Part shown: in pieces, positions 41,415 through 55,107 of the stretch
How the letters are laid out: each line of letters starts with the position of its first letter
Numbering within the stretch: the first letter of the stretch is position 1
NCBI GenBank assembly: GCA_951406725.2
Contig: OX597815.1
Coordinates: 156,116,001-156,180,000 of the forward strand
Source: Octopus vulgaris
Taxonomy: Eukaryota
Length of the DNA: 64,000 nucleotides
Direction of reading: 5' to 3'
Notes under the pieces: model-generated
What the model saw: only the letters and a program-made list of their open reading frames with translations
Database searches by the model: none
Told to the model about the DNA's origin: nothing
Made by a program: the position numbers and the translations under genes

Positions 41415-42927
41415 AACGCAAATATTATCCGATATAATACTGAATACTTGGGTTACAATAGATAAGTATGTTTATTATGTGAAATTAATCGCTACTAGAG
41501 TTTCGCCCAGATGATAAAGACATTTGTGGTAAGTAAAAGAATGGTAATTTTATACAAGTCATGTAAATTTTAAGCGAAAAGTTTTGGCGTTTAATGAGTA
41601 AGGGAGGATTAATGGCTTGTCGCATTGGATTATATAAATTGGAAAAGTGAATCAGCTTGTTTTTGGAATCACTAGCGTCTTTGTGGATGTTTGCATATGT
41701 GTGTATATGTGTGCATGTGTGTCTGCATGTGTACGTGTGTGTAAATCTAAAAGTATATATTTTAGAGTGTGAATGTACAAAATCAAAGAGACAAATATAG
41801 CGAAACGAAATTGGGCTGAAGGCAATATCTTGGAGTGCCGAGTGGTATGTGTTAGAACAACAAAAATAAATAAGGGCATATTAAATAATATACACGGTAA
41901 CTTCTGGATTTATAGGAGAATGTTCCACTTTCAGAGAAGGTAGAACAATCGTATAGTGGCCATTACGTCGAACATCAGAAAACAGGCGGAGATCATGTCA
42001 AGAACCAGGTATTTGGCGAGAACCGATATGCTATTGGGGAGAAGTCATTTTGATGATCTGGGAACGAAAGGGAAGTTTTACATTCGTGTTTCTGTCTCAA
42101 TAGACGTCATCAGAACACACGTTTTCTTATCTTGTGTCCTGCAGAAGAGGATACTTTGATTTTTACATCTTCTTTATTCTTTTACTTGTTTCAATCATTT
42201 GACTGCAACCATGTTGGAGCACAGCTTTGAAGTGTTTTAGTCGAACAAATCAACCGCAGGTGTTCTGTTTTTAGCCTAATACTTATTTTATCAGTGTCCA
42301 AATGCGAACTTTGTAGTACTGAAAAATTAAACATTATTCAACCAACAGATAACATCCTAAACATTAGCGATTAAACCATCTCTCTTTGCATTCACAAGTA
42401 ATTTTACACTCAAATATTTCGAAGAAGAGCCACTATTTGCAACTGTAATTCCACCAGCATTTCATAAACGCGAAATCTGAACACACATAGCACACAAAAT
42501 CCACTCACAGAAGAAATATCCTCCAATGATGAACTACCTCAGCAGACAAGTAGAACATCATGCCCAGAACAAAAACAAAATAATGCAAACAAATTGACAA
42601 CGCAACAATTTGTCCAAAAGACAAATCCGAGAGTGACAATAATCGAAAAGACGCCACCCAAGAATAATGTCCCTTGACTCATTGATTCATTGTTTTATTC
42701 AGGTAAATTCACAAGAATCTCCGTGAAACATGCGAGGCTGTGTTTTCCAAAATGGATGCAAACACCTTCTTCCATGTGATTGGTTTGAAGAATTGCTAAG
42801 ACACTAGGATACTTTCCTAATTTTCTTATCATGAAACTAATAGTAGCCTTAATTCACAGTCAAAGAAATTATATCCACGAATGCGGTGTTGAGTATTCAT
42901 TTCCATCGTTCAATATTATGTGTCTAT

Positions 42928-42998
<71 letters not shown>

Positions 42999-43013
42999 CA
43001 TACATATATATAT

Positions 43014-43185
43014 AGGTGTAGGAGTGGTTTTATGGTAAGTAGCTTGCTTACCAACCACATGGTTTCGGGTTCAGTCCCAATGCGTAGCACCTTGGGAGAG
43101 TGTCTTCTACTATAGTCTCGGGCCGACCAAAGCCTTGTGAGTGGATTTGGTAGGCGGAAACTGAAAGAATCCCATCGTATATGTG

Positions 43186-43240
<55 letters not shown>

Positions 43241-43446
43241 CTGTGTTTGTCCCCCCCAACATCTCTTGACAACCGATGTTGGTGTGTTTACTTCTCCGTA
43301 ACTTAGCGGTTCGGCAAAAAGAGACCGATAGAATAATTACTAGGCTTACAAAGAACAAGTCCTGGGGTCAATTTTCTCGACTAAAGGCGGTGGTCCAGTA
43401 TGGCCACAGTCAAATGACTGAAACAAATAAAATAGTAAAAGTGTAA
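43014..43446 (+). mobile_element. SINE family 1 (full length)
   Basis: Colinear with the other copies; preceded by (CA)n(TA)n. Confidence 0.92.
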
Positions 43447-44172
43447 ATAGTGATATATACATTTAATAACTTGGACTAACGGGAATATGTGGATTAGTGT
43501 GTTGAGGTGTTGAGTCGAGTACTCGCACAGTTTGGACTACCTCGTATCATCCGCAGTCGGAGTATATTACCGTTGGATCTGTTTAGGAACTCCACAGAGT
43601 GAGCATGACGACAAATTGCTCTTAAGGTTACCTTCCAACCATAAGTTATACGAACTACGACCGAGATTGACTGTGAGGGCATGCACGAGCGAGAGTGTGT
43701 ATACACATCCTAATCTAGCTAGCTAGCTAAACGACCTTTCGCCCCCTAAACATTACAGTTTGCATATATCACCCTTCCTTCTTCTAGTACCATTCTTCTG
43801 TCTCACACCTCAGTCTATCCCTGTCCATCCATTAGCCACCTCCCTACAATTTTTTTATCAGCAATTATTTGTTTATATTTGCAAGTGTTTGCAACTCATT
43901 GAAGAAAGATAATAGCAATTGAAAATGGTAGCGATGTTTCATTCCATAACCAGACAAACGTACAACAACATGGCAGCGAAAACTCCGGATCTTTAGTGAG
44001 ACACAGCTTTACGTATGGATGTATTTGCTGAAACCCAGACGGCAAAATTGATGCAAGACAACATGCTGAACGGAGTCTCACCTATAATGAACAGTAGCAG
44101 GATGGGTTGAAACGATACTTGCACAAAGTAGAGATTAATACCAAATCCTCCTTCTAGTTACTGAAGAAACTA

Positions 44173-44600
44173 TCTCTCTATATATAAACGGCAGTTTGTC
44201 TGTCTGTATGTCTGTGTGTCTGTCAGGTTGTACCCTCACCCTGACCACGGCTTTCAACCGATTCTGATGAAACTTGACACACATATAGCCCAATGTCATA
44301 ATTCAAAACTAACTCAGCGAAAATTTTGAAAAGTTCCCCCAGTTCTAAAAAAATCGATAAATTCGACATGGGGTCGAGAATCTAAGCTTTTTATATGCAA
44401 CACATTTTCAGTCTAGGGGACACAACTCGACAGCTAGGGACAGCTAGGAACATCGTATACACAGAAGTATTCGAGTGAAGAGAAGACATTGCAACCTACA
44501 CATGCGTCTTCGTTCCCTAGAGGGAAAGGACTAGATTGGGATTAGACGTTGCCTACTAGGGGCTCTTACATACCCGGGCAACGCCGAGCTATGCTGCTAG
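44173..44600 (+). mobile_element. Non-autonomous Helitron (same 5' half as 29531-29914)
   Basis: A|TCTCTCTATATATAAACGGC start, hairpin CCCGGGCAACGCCGAG, CTAG|T end. Confidence 0.85.
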
Positions 44601-45199
44601 TATATATATAAATATATTATAGATATAGGTTAAAGAATTATTATTTTAATTTATTAATTAACAAATTTTACCAAGTAGCTTCGCTATGGAAAGAAGTTAC
44701 TCTCCGAGGAACAAGCCTGGGCAAGTTTGTTTATGGAAGACCAGCAGTCGTCCATGCATACCAGCCTCCCCTCTCCACGCCACCGATGTTATCCAAGGGA
44801 AAGGCATGTGGCTGAGCACTCCACAGACACGGGTACCTTTAATGTAGTTCTCGAGGAGATTCAGCCTGACACAGAGTGTGACAAGGCTGGCCCTTTGAAA
44901 TACAGCCACAACTGCCGCTGCTGTTCTAACTGGAATTTTGGTAGGATACGCATTAGAGCACCCAGAACGCGTACCTATTCGTTTGGGTTACCTTGACCTA
45001 AACTCCTCATATCTAAAATATGTGCGTGTGTGTATGTGCGTGTGGGTGAGTGTGTCTGTTCATTCTGCTTGACAACCAGTATTTACATCCCCCTAACTTA
45101 GTGGTTCGACAAAAGAGGCCGAAAGAATAACAAAAAAATATCTGGAATCGATTCATTCGACAAAAAATTCTTCCAGCCGCGCCCCAGTTGGCCGTCTAA

Positions 45200-45200
<1 letters not shown>

Positions 45201-45230
<30 letters not shown>

Positions 45231-45278
45231 CATACATACATACATACATACATACATACATACATACATACATACATA
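45201..45278. repeat. (CATA)n microsatellite
   Basis: Pure tetranucleotide run. Confidence 0.95.
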
Positions 45279-45398
45279 CGAATACATGTGTAGACGCGTG
45301 AGATGATTTTGTTTACAAATATTAGTTTTGGTACGGTGGGCAAGCGCAATACATACATACACACGCTCAAACAAACACACTCACACACACACACACAT

Positions 45399-45429
<31 letters not shown>

Positions 45430-45672
45430 CATAGTGCATACATACATACGCACACATATATATTTATATCTATCTTTATATAGTATATTACACCATATGT
45501 ATATAATGTATATATATATATATATGAATGTATGCATGTATGTATATGCATGTATGTATATGCATGTGTGTATATGTATATATATATATATATACTATAT
45601 ACAATATAGATAACATATGTACTTATGTACATACAGTCATACATACATATATATGTGTGTGTTTGTGTGTGT

Positions 45673-45713
<41 letters not shown>

Positions 45714-46626
45714 TATTACCATGATACTATTCTTAAACTCATTCTAAATAAAGTTTTATAAAATTCATACTTGCTCTGTAATAGTGGTAGTCATTATGTA
45801 TGGTTCAATAAGCAGGTTTTTAAGTGGTTTTTGTATATGATTGCTTTACTGTTAAGAGATATACTAGCTGATTTTGATTTATAAATGTATATATTTTTAT
45901 ATGCAGTGCATGTTTAAGCAAATGTCCATTAATAAAGACTAGCGTGCAGACGGACCTTAATTAATGAAATACAGCGGTGAACACACAATGTTACATGTGA
46001 TTATTTGCAGATATCAACGTCTGCTGACATTTCAAAAGTAGACTGACGCAACTCATTATATCGTTTCATTTGTGTGGAAGTTGTCTGTTACTGCCAACTT
46101 ATTAATGTATTATTATTTTTCACTTAAGATTACAGCAAATTAATCGTTTATAGCAACTAACTATGCCATAAATACCAGAAGCAACAAAGGTTGTCTGATT
46201 TTCAAAGCGAACTGTTGTGGATCACTCTGTAGGTGGACTTAGCCAGGGGAAAATATGCTTGAGATCTTGAGATTTCTCTGTCCATAATCAACATAGTGAT
46301 TGGATTGCATAATTAACCAGCAAAGAAAAAGAGTCAACTGCATCCGGATCAGGTACACCTGGTTCACTGACAGGTGTACCTGTCAAGTGGATTGTTGAAA
46401 ACGTTCGTGGTGAGATTGCTGAGATGTAGTGTAACTCCAAATGAGTAGGAATACTTCTATGAGGTTTCTCCATCAGCTTGACTTCTATGACAGAGCAGCT
46501 AGATGCATAGCTTTTCTTCAACCAGCAGAAACGATAAATATTCATTTCAAATATATTATCAATTTACTTCCAACATATCTATGTATATATCTATATAGAT
46601 ATATGCATATTGCTATATTTACGAAC

Positions 46627-46710
<84 letters not shown>

Positions 46711-47497
46711 TCTACACATGCCTATAAGCCATGAACACGCATACACATTCTCACATGTGTCTATATATATATACATACATACATACATACATACACACAC
46801 ACAAAACATATTTATATATATGTAGATTAAAAAGTCACATTCGATCACAGCACCAGTAACAGTTAAGCTTCGTGCAATGGCCATACTCGATAACGAGGGG
46901 CAGCCATAATAATATATGTATGTATGTATGTATGTATATATGTATGTATGTATATATCTATGTATGTATATATCTATGTATGTATAATGTGTTTGAAGTG
47001 GTGTACATATATCGTATATTAAGAAAAAGGAGGCAGTGAGTATTATAGATAATTCTTTATTAGCGCTTCGCTTCGTTTAACCGAAATCGTCAAGAAAAAT
47101 TGAACCAAAATAATAAAACAGAATGTTTCATGGTTTTTTTCAATGAATCGAACGAAGAGCAGATGTTTTTTTTTTCGTCTAGAAGAGGAGAAATTTCCGT
47201 TTTGTTTTTTGTTTTTTTTTTGGAAACAGGGAGAAAGAGAGGAAGATAGGGAGCAGAGCAGAACAATCAAGAAAGAGAAAGAAAAAGGTGGGTACTTTTA
47301 GATGATGAATTTTTAAGTATAAATATATAGATATTTACATTAATAGGTTCAACCTACTCAGATTACAAATGACATATTCTCTCTCATTTGTTCTCTGTAA
47401 AAGCTGGACCTATAATTATAAATATCTGAAAGCCTTTGTGTGTGTGTATATATATGTATGTGTGTATGTGTGTGTGTGCGTGTGCGTGTGTGCGTGT

Positions 47498-47506
47498 GTA
47501 GATAGA

Positions 47507-47585
<79 letters not shown>
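47498..47585. repeat. (GATA)n microsatellite
   Basis: Tetranucleotide run. Confidence 0.95.
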
Positions 47586-47895
47586 TGTTTCTTTATTAGC
47601 CACACAGGGCTGCACACAGACGGGACAGATTACAAAGTAGAGCTTTTATTTTTGGAGAAAAAAAAAGTGGGGTAGGTTTTCGATCAAAAGGGATCGTGAA
47701 AGGGAAAGAAGAAAAAAAAAGAGAAATAAAACGATCAATAGGGATTGTGTATCAAAGTGTCATGATGTAAGGTGTAAAGGGGGAAGCAGATAAGGTTTAT
47801 CAATGGGAGGAAAAGCCTACGGAAAAGACCACGGTAACCTCGGTCAATATTGTTACATGTTACTACATTTGTTTGCAAGTAGGTAACCCTCTGTT
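47586..47895 (-). mobile_element. Probable retroposon (LINE) 3' UTR fragment inserted in (GATA)n
   Basis: Ends ..TGTGCAGCCCTGTGTGGCTAATAAAGAAAC on the minus strand; GATA repeats on both sides; tail resembles that of SINE family 2. Confidence 0.5.
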
Positions 47896-48451
47896 ATAGA
47901 TAGATAGATAGGTAGATAGATAGCAGAGGGACAGAAGGTGGGAGGAGAGACGGACGGACGGACAAATACTTACATATACATTTATACGCATCGCGTATAA
48001 TGGACACATTTATATATACGACTAATTAAATGTACACGTCCTAATGAGAAAGCGTATACCCTCACACATACTAAAGAGATGAGCGTTAGCATACAATGAA
48101 CAAACATATTCACAATTTGCTCGACACAGATTTTCTTTCATGTACATTATTGAAAGATTATTATAAAGAAATAGAATGGTTGTATACTGTCAATCTATAC
48201 AACCATTCTATCGCCCCACCACCGTACATATCTCTTCGAGAGATTTAGAAATTCAATATTTCTTATATAAAGAAATACTTATACATTAACATTAGTCCAC
48301 ATCAAATTATTGATTGTTATCCAGTCATTAATCCCAGACAAACGTACTCACGCTCACACACACACACATATATGTTTTTACGTAAATATGAGCATATATA
48401 TATATATGTATACGTGTTATATATATATATATATATATATATATACGCAGG

Positions 48452-48510
<59 letters not shown>

Positions 48511-49399
48511 AGCGTGTACAGGGGCGATAATACATGTAGATGCATGTATATGTGGGTGCGCATGTGTGCATATACATACGAGTAAGAGTTGTATGTGTGG
48601 ATGTTGATATGTATAAACATCTGTATAAATATATATGCATACATGTCTAATATTTAGATATGTATACATCTTCACATATATTTTCTTATATTACTAAGTA
48701 CCGACCTGCCAAACCATCTAATTTCCTAAATTCCTAAATTCTTAATTCATTACTACTAACCCTCTCTCTGCCCCATCACTTTGAGTCTATCACTACAGAT
48801 TTGCTACTCCTTTACTTTTATTACCCCCACCCCATTCTTTCTATCTTCTTACACTCTAATACCTTTCTCTCCCTATCACCCTTTATCTCCCCACTCCTAC
48901 TTTCAAATTATTTCCACTGACCACCAACTGGTACATTTTTCCTTGTCTATATCTTTGTTTTTCCTTTTTCTTTTTTCTTTCTTTCCTTTATTCATCTCTT
49001 CATGCTTTTTATTTTTTTATTATATTATTTTATTATTCTATTATTTTTCTTCTTACTTTCTTCTTATTCTCTCTTTTTTGTCTTTTCTCTTCTTTTACTC
49101 TTTCTTCATTCCTCTCTACCTGTTTTCGATTTGACCCTATTAATACAGTCCCTATTTTTAGCTCACTTTAAATAAAACCGTTGATTCAATAACACTGTGT
49201 ATAAACTCTATACTTGGAATGACCAATTTTATATACTATTGGATTGGAATCTTATATGTATACAATTCTGCCTAAAAAATGGATCTAGAAATGCAATATC
49301 CGTACATATGTCACATCTATTTTCTTTTATTTCCTCCACCTCACTCTCTATTTTTATATATTATCTAAATTAACTATTTCTTAACCATCCTCTCACACC

Positions 49400-49447
49400 G
49401 TCTCCGATGAAGGGATATAATAAATATCTTGGAAACAGCTGTAAGAC
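49400..49447 (+). ncRNA. Minimal type I hammerhead ribozyme-like motif
   Basis: GTCT-CCGATGA-AGGGATAT-AATAA-ATATCTTG-GAAAC-AGCT-GTA-AGAC; palindromic stem III ACAGCTGT; AATAAA and (TA)n follow about 60 nt later. Confidence 0.7.
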
Positions 49448-49869
49448 CTTTTATCTATAAATGTTCTAAAATCTACACAGCCTTAGATTTTTATCTCGTT
49501 ACGAAAATAAATAAATAAATATATATATATACATACATGCATACATACATACATTCATACATACATACTAAGATCCATCATGCATCAGTCCTTCGCGTGT
49601 GAGATGTTGTGCAACTGGTTATGATGCATCATTCACTGCAGATGTGCTTCGTCAGGTGACTCCTCAAAGGTATCATGCTCATTAAACTCGGTTTCCCTTA
49701 TTTCGATTGCCTGTAGCTGATAGCGTACAGGGAAGATCCAGATTTAGAAGACGAAAACTGTTTCATACATACCAAGTGGCTACTTAGCAAGGCTGAACCA
49801 CGAGTATAACACGCTTAGGTTTTTATTCTCATCAGAAGAACTTCCACCAAGACCATAAGTTTAACAGGA

Positions 49870-50447
49870 GCAATGATAGGTGTTTATTTGCAGATCCTTC
49901 TGATGTTCCTTGAATGATGTACACTAAATTGTTAGAAACAGTGATGGTTTTAGAAACTTTGATGGTTTTAGGAGTGGTGAATAACAAACATCAAGTCATG
50001 CCACCTCACATCTTTCTCCAGGGTCTTAGAATTAATTGCTGCTGAATACACTGAGGTGATGGAGAGAGTTGTTAAGCCCTGAATGGATGAAGTACGCAGT
50101 AAAATGCTATATGTGTTTCAACAAGTCTCAGCAGTTACTCACAAAGGCCACTTAACTCATTAGTTTTTTCCAATGGGACACTAATCAATATTCTTCTGAT
50201 ATGAAGCTTCACGAAAGGTTGTCGTTGTCCGAAAGGAATAAGAAACACTTAGAGACGGCTTGTCAGTTATTCCGGTCCTGCATTGAAGCAGTCATCGTAG
50301 TTGAAAGGGGATTTGTGGAATAGTATAAGAAAAAGAATCGAGAAAAAGCGAAGAAATTTGTTTTGCATTAAAATACGTTTGATTGCTTTAGATTAGAGTT
50401 GTTTTATTAAATTACCAAATATGTTCTCAAATACATCTCGCACTATG
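49870..50447 (+). mobile_element. Tc1/mariner transposase relic (maT/DD37D-like)
   Basis: MVLGVVNNKHQVMPPHIFLQGLRIN..AEYTEVMERVVKP*MDEVRSKMLYVFQQVSAVTHK; C-terminus ACQLFRSCIEAVIVVERGFVE*. Confidence 0.75.
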
Positions 50448-50603
50448 ATACATAGATACACACACACACACAACTATATAGGTATATAGATAGGTAGGTA
50501 GATAAATAGATAGGGAGAGTTTAAGAAAAAAACAAAAGACGAAGACAGGTGGTGTACAAAAAAAAACAGATGTATTAGTATAGCGCTCAGGAATAGAAAA
50601 AGT

Positions 50604-50639
50604 CTTTTACGTTTCGAGCCTACGCTCTTCTACAGAAAG
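50604..50639 (-). ncRNA. Minimal hammerhead-like motif with CUGUAGA core
   Basis: Minus strand CTTT-CTGTAGA-A-GAGC-GTAG-GCTC-GAAAC-GTA-AAAG. Confidence 0.55.
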
Positions 50640-50699
50640 GGACACAGAAAAACAAGGAGAGAAACATAGTTAGATAGATAGATGCATAAATACACACAC

Positions 50700-50784
50700 A
50701 CATACATACATACATACATACATACATACATACATACATACATACATACATACATACATACATACATACATACATACATACATA
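50700..50784. repeat. (CATA)n microsatellite
   Basis: Pure tetranucleotide run. Confidence 0.95.
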
Positions 50785-51285
50785 GACGCAAACATATATA
50801 TAAGCATAACGATAAAATTATGGCCCATTTCCTCTCAGTTTTCGTACAACTTTCTTAAAAATATACGCCTTGTTGCAGAAATTACAGGCACGTTTCAGAT
50901 GTTACAGATTACAATTCAGTTGGATAAGTGGGATTTTATCTTTTCAGTTTATTCTTCGTTTTTTCCGGAACATCTACCATTCTTCTAACCGGACTTTTTT
51001 AAAAGCGTTATTTTTCAATGAAATTTTCTTCAGATACATTTTCTCGCGTGTAGAGTACGATTGTTTTGTTGAAATTTTATTTATATATACTTACAATATT
51101 TTATTGAATCTGAAAAGACTTTACAAGATGTTACTCAGAGTTTCGCGTAAATATTCATCAAACAGTCGTGAGTATTTAGAACAAAGGAAATATTAAAAAT
51201 ATTTGTATTTATGCTTAAAAACTCCCCTCTACTGTTGCTCATCGATACTATTTTTCCACCTTGTTTTGCATCCATCAGCTCTAAT

Positions 51286-51323
<38 letters not shown>

Positions 51324-51337
51324 ACACACACACAAAC

Positions 51338-51381
<44 letters not shown>

Positions 51382-51389
51382 TCATTATA

Positions 51390-54300
51390 GCATTCTATAC
51401 AACAACACGAGGAAAACGTTTGATAAACCTGCAAAACAAGATAATCTGAAGGAATTAAAGGAGATTTGTTCAAGCTTTACGATAAGTGAATGTCTTTTTT
51501 TTCGAGAAGTCTCTGAAGATGAGAAATTAATTAACACAACATATGAATGAGGTTAGTAGAACAATTATATAGAATAACAAATTCAATATTTTCAAATACA
51601 CTTGGGAACAATATGAAAAAGACGAAATACAGATGAAAATATTGCAACATCAGCATATTTAATTAAAAGCTGAATTGGCCTCTAACGGATTAAAGATTTC
51701 TACCGTACGCTAATTCATACTTTGGAGCATATATAAAACCAACAATAATTCAGTAAATATATGGCCAAAAACACCATTAACTCTTGTTCGACAATTACAG
51801 ATAAAGATCAATTCTCGAAGAACCTGAATAATAAAGACGACCAAGAGAAAATGTGAGGTGAAATGGAAATAGAATTAAGAGCTTCAAACAACAAACGAAA
51901 TTTTAAAGCAACTGACAATGAAATGCATATTAAATCTTGTAAAACGTTTGTGGGATTAGTTGTAGACAATGTTTCAAAGGTTTGAAGGAGTAACACAAAA
52001 GAGAAGAACTGTGGTTCCTTTAACACTTGAAAACAAGACTGGATCCATAAATATAAGTCGAATTAAAAGATAAATCGAACTTCGAGGAAACTCATTTCAC
52101 GAAAGTTTACACAGGAGTGTCTAAACAGTCCCTAAGAAAGATCCTTCGAATCAAATCGAAAACAGAACACTAAATTTTGAATTAATTGGTTTACAAGCTT
52201 AAATAGGAATATCTCACAAATTAGAAGTGCACCAAGATTAAATGATTAGCAAGTTAGAAAAAATAATTTTTTTTTGTTTTTTAGAAAAGCAACGAAAGAA
52301 CTAACTTTGAACCTCGTCCAAGGATAATAGAACGCAATTGATTATCGCTCTTCAAACCACACTAATTGAGCGAGATATATTCATAATTCAAACAAACTTA
52401 TTATAAACATATTTTAGACAGACCCAGAAGAATACAGACACAAAGAAATAAAATCAAAAATAATAAAAGTAATAAATTTATCAAAAAAAAAGCACATTAA
52501 CTACACATCAAAACAGAAGGGAACAAATTTTTCTAAATCCTCGGAAATCTAATTACAATGAAATTAAATACAGTATTTCACAATTCTGTAGAAAATTGCG
52601 GCTCATATAAGAATTGTTTCACCAAAATATCAATCATAAATCGCTTGTTAGAAAGCAGGTTGTAATAAAACTCCTGATTATATTAACTGAATTTTGAGTA
52701 TTCCATTACAATATCAGACATAAACAAAGAATTAAATGAAACTTCAATACTGCAGAATGGGAAACCATGACTGAACAGAAAAATGATAGCGGAACGACAA
52801 TTAAAGAAGCCAATAAATGAAGTTCTGTTATAGCGATTGATAGTATGTATTATAAAAGTTGTTTTATCAGTGTTAGAAAACAATATACATTTTACGAAAA
52901 GGTGAAAAGTTGCAATCAGCAGAATATAATAATCTTTCTTGCAATCGTGTTACACTTCCACGTAACCGAATTAACTGATAAAAATGAAATTATATCACTA
53001 ACTCTTAATGTATATCTAGTTTATTTTATCGATGCCTTATCAAAAATTCACGAGAGCAATATTATAAATGAAGCACGCAAAAAATCGAAAAGTATTTGGA
53101 TTAATATTTTATCACAAGCTGATTTGAAATTAAGAGCAATAATAGAGGATCCAATATGAGAAATTCATCGGGAAGTAACTTTTCATGTATCTTATTGAAA
53201 CCATTTCTTAGACTCATTAATTTTTTTTTAATACGTCTTAGATATATTGAGACACCTTCCGGAAACAGCACACGTTCTATCTTTTAATGTATAGAATTAA
53301 CATATAAACAAGCTGAACAGAAGGTATACAAATTGTATGCAGATATTCTTTTCGGCTGAATGATTAGATATTACTGAGAAATTTATTGAAGGATTGAAAT
53401 TTGTTCAATAAAATTGCTTTTTTTTGAGGTGGGGGTATTAATATCACGTCAAACATTTGGAATCGCAACCTGAACCAACGTTGCCCCGAGCTACCCAATT
53501 TTATTATGGGATATTTAGAAATTACAATGAATTAAGAATCGCTACAAAATATGGTAACTCTTTCGATCAATATATGAAAGACAACAGGAAAACTTTCAAT
53601 GCGATTGCTTTGTTATTGAAATAAAATAATACAGAAATTAAAGGAATTTAAAATGTTGCCTCAGTGGTGTAGAGGGATGGGTGCAGTGTGCAGACCACTT
53701 ATAATGGCCAAATTATATACATGTTTCAGGAAGGGGCTTCCAATTTCGCTAGCATCGACAATAATGGAATATTATCAAGAGAAATACCATCTTTATAAAT
53801 TGTAATAATGAAAGTCAATAACGAACTGACATAGATGTATGATAAAAACTGATTCAGAACAATATCTACTCTTTCCATAGTGTAACAGGAAATACATTAC
53901 TATACACATCTCATTAAATTTATCAAAAGTATTTATATTTATGTCCTATATCAAACAGTACCCGTGATATACAACTCCAAGAAACTAAGAATATGTTCAT
54001 TAACAGTATTATTTGCTATTCTTTATGGATAATGTGACAAGATAAGCCAAGGCAATTGATGTTTATGCACGAAGACCAACAGAACAGCATAACATAGCTG
54101 GATTGATAATATGAGCATATATTTCTTTACTAATTTTAGAAACAGCGAAATTTATATTTTTCAAAACTTAATCACAATGAATAGGCAAGAAAGATGCTAA
54201 TTTTATCGATGCAAACCATCGCGAAAATAAGATGTCAATCAAAATCCTTCAATAGACTGTTAGTAAATGACATTATGTTCAACGGCAACGGAACCACCAG

Positions 54301-54700
54301 CTAAAATATGGAGGGAACTCACTCTGTTATCCAAAGGATTAGAATTCCATTGTGAATAAGATCATACTTCAAAGTAAAGAAAAGAAAAAAATTACTTACG
54401 CTTCCGGAAATCTAATTTACATAATAATATATTCATAATGTGGAGAAAATTATATTGGACAAACGAGAAAGATTACTAGGAAACGAATGACGATGAAAGA
54501 TGAGTACATGTATGATTTCCCTGTTACAAATGTTTCTTAGTGCACATACAAATCCGTTGCTGATTTGTATGTTCACTGATCAAATTTAGAACCAAATATA
54601 CAGGTGTATTAACGGATCATTTGATAAAAGAAGTATCAATAAGGAGATTCCATTTACTGGAAAATATCAGCCGTGTTCAATTATGAATGATTTATCAAAA
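51390..54700 (+). mobile_element. Highly decayed Penelope-like element
   Basis: EMEIELRASNN (~51860, shared with the first PLE), RQTFGIA..APSY..IMGYLE (~53450-53520), SGNLIYII..CGENYIGQTRK..RKRMT (GIY-YIG, ~54400-54490). Confidence 0.75.
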
Positions 54701-54716
54701 TTGACACTTTATTATG

Positions 54717-55107
54717 CTTTTACTCTTTTACTTGCTTCAGTCATTTGACTCTAGCCATACTGGAGCACCGCCTTTAGTCGAGCAAATCGACCCCAGGACT
54801 TATTCTTTGTAAGCCAAGTACTTATTCTATCGATCTCTTTTGACGAACCGCTAAGTTACAGAGACGTAAACACACCAGCAGCAGTTTTGAAGCGATGTTG
54901 GGGGAACAAACACAGACACATAAACATACACACACACATATATAAACATATACACGACGGGCTTCTTTTAGTTTCCGTCTAGCAAATCCACTCACAAGTC
55001 TTTGGTCGGCCCGAGGCTATAGTAGAAGACACTTGCCCAAGGTACCACGCAGTGGGATTGAACCCGGACCCATGCAATCTACTTATTACACAACCACTCC
55101 TACGTCT
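54717..55107 (-). mobile_element. SINE family 1
   Basis: Colinear with the other copies; small deletion in the head. Confidence 0.9.

Noticed and set aside
42300-42680. Open A-rich frame (PLTEEISSNDELPQQTSRT...)
   Set aside because: Low-complexity and unrecognised; more likely a LINE ORF1 relic than a host exon.
43878-44125. Imperfect ~18-bp inverted repeats around a 240-bp unique segment
   Set aside because: Weak match, no TSD, and the short ORFs inside are unrecognised.
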